From the NCBI GenBank assembly GCA_043818055.1, contig JBDRGF010000074.1:1-12388 (forward strand): DNA of 12,388 nt. Direction: 5' to 3'. The notes below the pieces were generated by a model. The model worked only from the letters and a program-made list of their open reading frames with translations. It was not told the DNA's origin and did no database searches. The stretch comes from Pseudomonadota bacterium (GTDB lineage: Bacteria; UBA10199; 2-02-FULL-44-16; JBDRGF01). Below, in pieces: positions 6,637 through 12,388 of the stretch. Both the position numbers and the translations under genes were made by a program. The stretch's first letter is position 1; every line of letters starts with the position of its first letter.

Positions 6637-7952
6637 TGATTACTATTACTGCTGAATATTTAAATCAAAATTGGAATATCCTACAGACGAACTCTATTCT
6701 ACCCACTCCATTGTCTGAATGGGACAATGGCGATGCATATACTTTGGCCTCCTTAGGACAATTTCCAAGTTCTAAAACTGTATTTGCTGCTATTGTTCTT
6801 GGTGATAAAAAACTAAGCGATTTTCAGTTCATAATCCGACTTCATAAACTGGAAAATGACACTCCCCAATCTTATCGTGCACCTACAGGTGATATATATG
6901 AAGCCGTTGCCGAAGCTATTGTTGATGGAAATTCCAAAAAAATTGAAATCAAGATAGTTAGTCTCATGATTGATTTGTCTTGTCGGCGTAAAAAGTTGAT
7001 TGAGGCAGATTTATTAAAAGACGTAACGGTTTTTATCGTTGGTTTGGGGACTGGTGGTATACAGGTTGCTTTAGATTTGGCGAAATCTGGAATTGGCAAA
7101 TTTAATCTTATGGATCCAGATAGGTTAGAAGTTGGGAATATATCTCGACATTACGCGGGTATATCTCTCGTGGGTCGAACAAAAGTAAAGGCCGCTAGGG
7201 ATTTAATCTTAGATAAAAATCCAATGGCTGAAGTTGAAACCTATGTAATGTCTGCTGAGCCTGACCAGAGAGAGGTGTTGAGAGAATTAATTGAAAAAAG
7301 TTCCCTAGTTATTTGTGCTACAGATAACCGTCAAAGCAAACTCTTACTGAATGCACTGTGTGTAACATTACGAAAGACTATAATTTTCGGTGGGGCTTTC
7401 CAACGAGCCTATGGAGGGCAAGTATTTCGGGTACTTCCAGGAGTTTCTCCTTGTTACCATTGCTTCGTTTTGGCCGTACCAGGTAAAGAATCTGATATGG
7501 AAATTTCTTCTCAGAGAAATGCTGACGCGATTGCTTACTCGGATATGCCAGTAGCAGTAGAGCCTGGTCTTTCGATAGATGTTTCTCCGATTGCGAATTT
7601 GATTTCTAAACTTGCTGTGATGGAGTTAATAAAAGGAAAAGATTCGACACTGCATATTCTTGATGAAGATTTCACAGCGCCTTGGTATCTTTGGGTGAAT
7701 CGACCAGAACCAAACACTGAATATGCAACGATTCAGCGACTAAGTGAAAGTGGCGTTGAAGGTAAAGACGGAATGACCATCCTTCGTTGGTATGCAATCC
7801 ATCTGAAAAAAGAATTAGCATGCCCCACATGCGGAGATTTCGAGGGTGCATTACGCAAACAATACGGATTAGTTGAGGGAGATAAACCTTCTCTTTTATC
7901 TCTTCGACTTCCAAACCAAGAATCAGAGAGGGAAATAAATAATGGAACTTAA
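6636..7952 (+). CDS. ThiF/MoeB/E1-family adenylyltransferase with a ~115-aa N-terminal extension, 438 aa
   Basis: VFIVGLGTGG nucleotide-binding loop, DPDRLEVGNISRH, GRTKV, CATDN, and Zn ligands C273xxC276 and C396xxC399. Confidence 0.9.
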   Translation: MITITAEYLNQNWNILQTNSILPTPLSEWDNGDAYTLASLGQFPSSKTVFAAIVLGDKKLSDFQFIIRLHKLENDTPQSYRAPTGDIYEAVAEAIVDGNSKKIEIKIVSLMIDLSCRRKKLIEADLLKDVTVFIVGLGTGGIQVALDLAKSGIGKFNLMDPDRLEVGNISRHYAGISLVGRTKVKAARDLILDKNPMAEVETYVMSAEPDQREVLRELIEKSSLVICATDNRQSKLLLNALCVTLRKTIIFGGAFQRAYGGQVFRVLPGVSPCYHCFVLAVPGKESDMEISSQRNADAIAYSDMPVAVEPGLSIDVSPIANLISKLAVMELIKGKDSTLHILDEDFTAPWYLWVNRPEPNTEYATIQRLSESGVEGKDGMTILRWYAIHLKKELACPTCGDFEGALRKQYGLVEGDKPSLLSLRLPNQESEREINNGT

Positions 7953-8820
7953 TACTTATTTTCAAGGTTTGCTTAGCAATATCGAGCCTGATGACAAAGC
8001 AGTAGCAAAAGCAAAGAAGGCTCATGGGGATTTACGTGAGATTTTAAAAAATGATAAACAAATATCTGATGCAGATCCTGATACGTATTTAGCCGGATCG
8101 TATGCGAGAGACACTGCTATAAACTACATCAAAGATGTGGATGTGATTTTATTAGTAGATCTTGATAACAATAAAACCTCGCCTGATGTCGCAGTCGCTT
8201 GGGTACAGGCGTCACTCCAAGAACATTACTCCAAAGTTATCCCTCAAGGACGATCTGTCCAAGTAAAAACAGACAGCGGTTTTGAATTGGATGTTGTGCC
8301 ATCTATTCCAATTGGGGATCGGAATGGTCCTATCTTAATACCTGATCGAGACATAAAAAACTGGGTCGCTTCTCATCCAAAGGGGCAAATTGCTTTTGGA
8401 GTAGATAAAAATAAGGCCACGGGAGAATGTTACAAGCCCTTAGTAAAGATTATGAAATTTTGGAGAGACAGGTTTAGCAGTGAAACCGCAAAAGTTAAAT
8501 CCTATATTCTTGAGAATTTAATTGGGGAGAATCTAACGGGACAACCTTCTTGCTATGATTCAGGAGTAGTTTCGATTCTGCAAAATGTCTATCAACGCTA
8601 TGCCGTGTATCTGAACACGCGCGTTGTTCCTAGAATTATGGATTTAGGGTATCCATCAGTTAATGTGGCGAAGAGGTGGAAATTTAATGAATTTGCCGCA
8701 TTTATGGAGGAAGTAAGAAAAAGTCAGATGATTGCCAACTCTGCCTTAGAATCACAGAGTGAACAGGAAAGCATAAAGCTTTGGAGACAATTATTCGGAA
8801 CAAAATTTGAATCAAAATGA
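7942..8820 (+). CDS. CBASS cGAS/DncV-like nucleotidyltransferase (CD-NTase, SMODS), 292 aa
   Basis: Pol-beta NTase motif G52-S53-Y...D65-V-D67, third Asp D117 (ELDVVP), then PDRD..W..SHPKG, KPLVKIMKFWR, SYILE and terminal WRQLFG..F. Adjacent to a SAVED effector. Confidence 0.9.
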   Translation: MELNTYFQGLLSNIEPDDKAVAKAKKAHGDLREILKNDKQISDADPDTYLAGSYARDTAINYIKDVDVILLVDLDNNKTSPDVAVAWVQASLQEHYSKVIPQGRSVQVKTDSGFELDVVPSIPIGDRNGPILIPDRDIKNWVASHPKGQIAFGVDKNKATGECYKPLVKIMKFWRDRFSSETAKVKSYILENLIGENLTGQPSCYDSGVVSILQNVYQRYAVYLNTRVVPRIMDLGYPSVNVAKRWKFNEFAAFMEEVRKSQMIANSALESQSEQESIKLWRQLFGTKFESK

Positions 8821-9980
8821 TGCAGCCGCCAAAATTTTTTCTTAGTTATAGCCGCAAGGATGTAGAAGATCTTGCAATTATTGCCCGGATTTTGATGATT
8901 CATGGCATAAAGACTTGGCAGGATATTAATAGCCTTGGTTCTGGGTTAACGGAGGCAGAAATTCGGAAAGCAATTCAAGAAAATTGTACGGGTCTCGTGT
9001 TTTATAGCACGGATGATAGTTTAAAAGCCCCAATGATTCGGAATGTAGAACTCAAAGTTGCAGAGGAGAAATTTTTGCAGGACAAAAATTTTCATATCGT
9101 TCCAATTTTTAAGTCGGGTATTGAAGCATCAAACATTGCTCTTAATGGCTGTTTGAAAACTAAAATATCAGACTTTAATGGAACCATCGTTAGAGATAAT
9201 GATCTCATGGCGGCCGCGCAGAGAGCAGCCTCTCTAGTTTTAAAAAATTTGAGTTTTCCAACGAAAGATTTCCTACCTGTAGGGGTAGTTTCATATCAAA
9301 AAAACTCTGATGACGTTGCTTTAAACCTCGATTTCACTCCCTATTTTCAGGAAGGCTTGCCGCTTGAGAAAACATGGAACAGAGAGTTTGTACCCGCTAT
9401 CGCCTCCTTAAAAGAATCCTTATTGTCAAAAAGAATCACGAATTTAAGATTGTTTTCTCGTGCCCATCTTTCCTTTGGACTTATGTTTGGGTATATCTTT
9501 CGGGATCGGACAGGATTTGTTATTGAGGTTGAACAAATCAACAAACCCAATAGAGAAATATGGAGTACTCAAGCGAAAGAGGAGAGTACTATGCTTACGA
9601 TTGAATGCACCCCAGTAACCAATTTTGGCGTAAAAGACATTGTAGTTAATTTGAATATTATATCGGATGATAATAATTCGTTTAGCAATTACGTTCAAAA
9701 ATCAGGTCTTCGCTATCGGGCATTGATAGAAGCAAAGCCGTCTTCTTATCCTTTCTTGATCTCCAATGGTCAAGCAGTTGTAATCGCTCGTGAGTTAACA
9801 AACAAAATCAAAGAAGCCCATGGAACATATAATACAAATGTTGTGCATCTATTCGCTGCGGTTCCATTTGGTCTTGCCGTAATAATCGGACACCAACTAA
9901 ATGCATGCGGAAGGATTCAATGTTATGAATTTGATAAAGCCAAGAGAGAATATTCCCCTTCGGTTACGTTAGAAAATTGA
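8817..9980 (+). CDS. TIR-SAVED CBASS effector (cyclic-oligonucleotide-activated NADase), 387 aa
   Basis: N-terminal TIR: FFLSYSRKD, TWQD, putative catalytic E78 (RNVEL). C-terminal SAVED: AHLSFGLMFGY, VHLFAAVPFGLAVIIGHQLN, IQCYEF...Y.PS. ATGA overlap with the cyclase. Confidence 0.9.
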   Translation: MMQPPKFFLSYSRKDVEDLAIIARILMIHGIKTWQDINSLGSGLTEAEIRKAIQENCTGLVFYSTDDSLKAPMIRNVELKVAEEKFLQDKNFHIVPIFKSGIEASNIALNGCLKTKISDFNGTIVRDNDLMAAAQRAASLVLKNLSFPTKDFLPVGVVSYQKNSDDVALNLDFTPYFQEGLPLEKTWNREFVPAIASLKESLLSKRITNLRLFSRAHLSFGLMFGYIFRDRTGFVIEVEQINKPNREIWSTQAKEESTMLTIECTPVTNFGVKDIVVNLNIISDDNNSFSNYVQKSGLRYRALIEAKPSSYPFLISNGQAVVIARELTNKIKEAHGTYNTNVVHLFAAVPFGLAVIIGHQLNACGRIQCYEFDKAKREYSPSVTLEN

Positions 9981-9989
9981 GGAATATTA

Positions 9990-10087
9990 ATGCTCGATAT
10001 AAAAACGCTTGTGAGCTATGGTTGTGGGATGCAATGTGCAGTATTGTCGAAATTCTCGACACGATGGAGAAAAAGGACAAGAAGTAA
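9990..10087 (+). pseudogene. Degenerate remnant resembling a type I R-M HsdM N-terminus
   Basis: GAGGA RBS then MLDIKTL. After skipping 2 nt (GT, 10011-10012) it reads ELWLWDAMCSIVEILDTMEKKDKK*, like the HsdM N-terminal pattern LE.WLWDAAC.IRG. The TAA overlaps the hsdR ATG. Confidence 0.5.
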
Positions 10088-12388
10088 TGACGAATAAAAA
10101 AGAATTATCAGAACGGGATATTTGCACGCAATTCATTCTTCCTGCCCTTGTAAAGGCTGGATGGGATGTTGCAAAGCAAATCAGGGAAGAGGTTTATTTC
10201 ACTGACGGGCGTATTTTTGTAAAAGGCAACAAAACTGCTCGGGGTGAAAGAAAGCGCGCCGATTTTATTCTATATCTCAAACCGAATATTCCAATCGCTG
10301 TCATTGAGGCGAAAGATAATAACCATTCCGTTGGGTCCGGCCTACAGCAGGCGTTGGGTTACGCGAAGATACTCGATATTCCGGTTGCCTTCAGTTCAAA
10401 CGGTGATGGATTTGTTCAGCATGATCTTTCCGGGTTCACTCCAGCGATTGAGAAAGAATTATCTTTAGATGCTTTTCCCTCCCCTTCCGAACTTTGGCAG
10501 ATGTATAAAAAACATAAAAAGATCACAACTCCCGAACAGGAAGAAATTGCATCATTCGATTATTTTTTTGATGGGTCAGGGCGTGCGCCCCGTTACTATC
10601 AGCAAATAGCAATAAATAGAACAGTTGAAGCAATCGCGCGCGGCGAGAACAGGGTTCTTCTTGTAATGGCTACCGGTACGGGTAAGACGTATACGGCTTT
10701 TCAGATTATTTATCGCCTTTGGAAAAATGGGCGTAAGAAACGAATCCTTTTTTTAGCAGATCGCAATGTGCTTCTGGATCAAACCAAGCGAAATGATTTT
10801 AAGCATTTTAAAGATCGAATGACGGTTATAAAAAAGAAGAAGATCGACAAAGCGTTTGAAATATACCTTGCTCTTTATCAGGGGTTAACGAACTACAACG
10901 AGGATAAAGACGCATATAAAGAATTCAGCCGGGATTTCTTTGATCTTGTGGTTGTTGATGAGTGCCATCGCGGGAGTGCAGACGCTGATAGTGCTTGGAG
11001 AGCGATATTGGAGTATTTTAGCTCTGCGACCCAGATCGGTCTTACGGCAACGCCGCGGGAAACAAAAGAAATTTCAAATATAGAATATTTCGGCGATCCT
11101 ATTTATACCTATACACTCAAACAGGGTATAGAGGACGGATTTTTAGCTCCTTACAAAGTCATACGTGTCGGACTCAATACCGACCTTGAGGGTTGGCGTC
11201 CGGACGCAGGCAAAAAAGATAAGGACGGCAATGAGGTTGAGGATCGGATTTATAACACTAAAGATTTTGACAAAAACCTTGTTATCGATGAACGGACAAA
11301 GATTGTAGCCAAGAAAATTTCAGAGTATTTAAGAAAAACCGACCGTTTTGACAAAACAATAGTATTTTGTGTTGATATTGAACACGCCGAACGCATGAGA
11401 CAGGCGTTGGCTATTGAGAACTCGGATTTGGCGCTTGAGAATTATAAATACATCATGCGAATAACCGGTGATGATGATGAAGGTAAACGAGAAGTAGACA
11501 ATTTCATAAATCCCGAAGAGCGTTATCCGGTTATAGCCACCACTTCAAAGTTGATGACCACCGGTGTTGACGCGCAGACCTGCAAATTGATTGTGCTTGA
11601 TTCAAATATCAAGTCGATGACTGAATTCAAGCAGATTATCGGGCGTGGGACACGTATTAATGAAGAATATGGTAAAACTTTTTTCGCCATTATGGATTTT
11701 CGCAATGTGACCGATCTTTTCGCTGATCCGGCTTTTGATGGTGATCCTGTTATGATCAAGCAGGTTAAGGGAGAAGAGGAATTAACAGACCAAGATATTA
11801 ACCCGGAAGAAGGTCAGGAAACCATTGATCCTGATACTGGAAAGCCGGTTGATTTCGAAAAAGAAGAAACAAAAGAGTATTCGGTTCAACCAGAAATTAT
11901 CCAAGGCGGGTCAATAGTATCCGAGCCTCAGCCGAAGATTTATGTGGCAGGCGTAGATGTTTCGGTCTTAAATGAGCGGGTTCAGCATTTAGATGCGAAC
12001 GGCAAATTGATCATAGAGACGTTAAAGGATTACACGAAAAAAAGTATCCTGCAGGAGTTTCGATCTCTTGATGATTTCCTTGCTAGGTGGAACAGTGCAC
12101 ATAAAAAGAAGGCAGTTGTCGAGGAGTTAGAATCTCACGGTATTATTATCGAAAATCTGATGTCAGAGGTAAAGAAGGATTTGGATGTTTTTGACCTTAT
12201 CTGTCACATTGCGTGGGATATGCCCGCGCTTACCCGCAAAGAGCGATCCGACCAAGTGAGGAAACGTAATTATTTCACTAAATATGGTGAAAAAGCCCGT
12301 GTCGTTATTAATGCTTTGTTAGATAAATATGCCGACGAAGGAATCGAGAATATTGAAGATTTGTCAGTTTTAAGAATTGATCCGTTTA
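10087..12388 (+). CDS. hsdR: Type I restriction enzyme R subunit, EcoAI-like (3' truncated by the window edge)
   Basis: Absent from the ORF track because there is no stop in the window. Reads MTNKKELSERDICTQFILPAL..., nuclease motif RADFIL...IAVIEAK, QALGY, helicase motifs MATGTGKT, DECHRGSA, GLTATP, LMTTGVD, FKQIIGRGTR, and C-terminal DVFDLICHIAW...LTRKER. Spot checks kept one frame to base 12388. Confidence 0.95.
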   Translation, partial: MTNKKELSERDICTQFILPALVKAGWDVAKQIREEVYFTDGRIFVKGNKTARGERKRADFILYLKPNIPIAVIEAKDNNHSVGSGLQQALGYAKILDIPVAFSSNGDGFVQHDLSGFTPAIEKELSLDAFPSPSELWQMYKKHKKITTPEQEEIASFDYFFDGSGRAPRYYQQIAINRTVEAIARGENRVLLVMATGTGKTYTAFQIIYRLWKNGRKKRILFLADRNVLLDQTKRNDFKHFKDRMTVIKKKKIDKAFEIYLALYQGLTNYNEDKDAYKEFSRDFFDLVVVDECHRGSADADSAWRAILEYFSSATQIGLTATPRETKEISNIEYFGDPIYTYTLKQGIEDGFLAPYKVIRVGLNTDLEGWRPDAGKKDKDGNEVEDRIYNTKDFDKNLVIDERTKIVAKKISEYLRKTDRFDKTIVFCVDIEHAERMRQALAIENSDLALENYKYIMRITGDDDEGKREVDNFINPEERYPVIATTSKLMTTGVDAQTCKLIVLDSNIKSMTEFKQIIGRGTRINEEYGKTFFAIMDFRNVTDLFADPAFDGDPVMIKQVKGEEELTDQDINPEEGQETIDPDTGKPVDFEKEETKEYSVQPEIIQGGSIVSEPQPKIYVAGVDVSVLNERVQHLDANGKLIIETLKDYTKKSILQEFRSLDDFLARWNSAHKKKAVVEELESHGIIIENLMSEVKKDLDVFDLICHIAWDMPALTRKERSDQVRKRNYFTKYGEKARVVINALLDKYADEGIENIEDLSVLRIDPF

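Noticed and set aside
6636..7952. Housekeeping ThiF/MoeB for thiamine or molybdopterin synthesis
   Set aside because: There is no ThiS/MoaD Gly-Gly carrier or cofactor gene nearby, and the context is E2, JAB and CD-NTase.
5983..7952. A canonical Cap2 (E2-E1 fusion) broken by frameshifts
   Set aside because: E2, the small ORF and E1 each have a clean stop and start, with an SD or coupled overlap at the junctions, which looks like evolved separate genes rather than decay.
6872..9698. Minus-strand ORFs inside the E1, CD-NTase and TIR-SAVED genes
   Set aside because: They lie opposite well-supported genes and have no motifs.
10244..11759. ORFs 10244-10468 (+) and 11523-11759 (-)
   Set aside because: Both lie within hsdR, in another frame or on the opposite strand.
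1..12388. CRISPR array, tRNA/rRNA, IS element, integrase/att site, or DGR acting on the tail genes
   Set aside because: I saw no spaced repeats, RNA gene signatures, transposase, recombinase, reverse transcriptase or TR/VR repeat pair by eye.

Overview
All convincing genes are on the + strand, in three blocks. (1) 1-4630 is the distal end of a prophage or phage late region: the C-terminus of a tail protein, small tail-associated genes, a tail-fibre-like and a lectin-like receptor-binding gene, a holin-like gene, a lipoprotein with a transmembrane segment (spanin-like), and four small accessory genes ending in an intrinsic terminator. (2) 4692-9980 is a visibly AT-richer, translationally coupled six-gene defence operon. 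It starts at a near-consensus sigma70 promoter that appears leaderless and carries a perfect 18-bp palindrome. Gene order is HTH-JAB fusion, stand-alone E2-like protein, a 59-aa ORF missing from the ORF track, ThiF/E1-like enzyme, CD-NTase (cGAS/DncV-like) and TIR-SAVED effector. This is CBASS-like but departs from canonical type II CBASS: E1 and E2 are split, the JAB is fused to a repressor-type HTH, the E1 has no crossover-loop Cys, the cyclase has no Gly/Ala-ending tail, and an extra small protein could be the real modifier. (3) 9990 to the end holds a short frameshifted hsdM-like remnant, then an EcoAI-like type I restriction subunit hsdR that runs off the window. All calls come from motif recognition by eye; no database searches were run.
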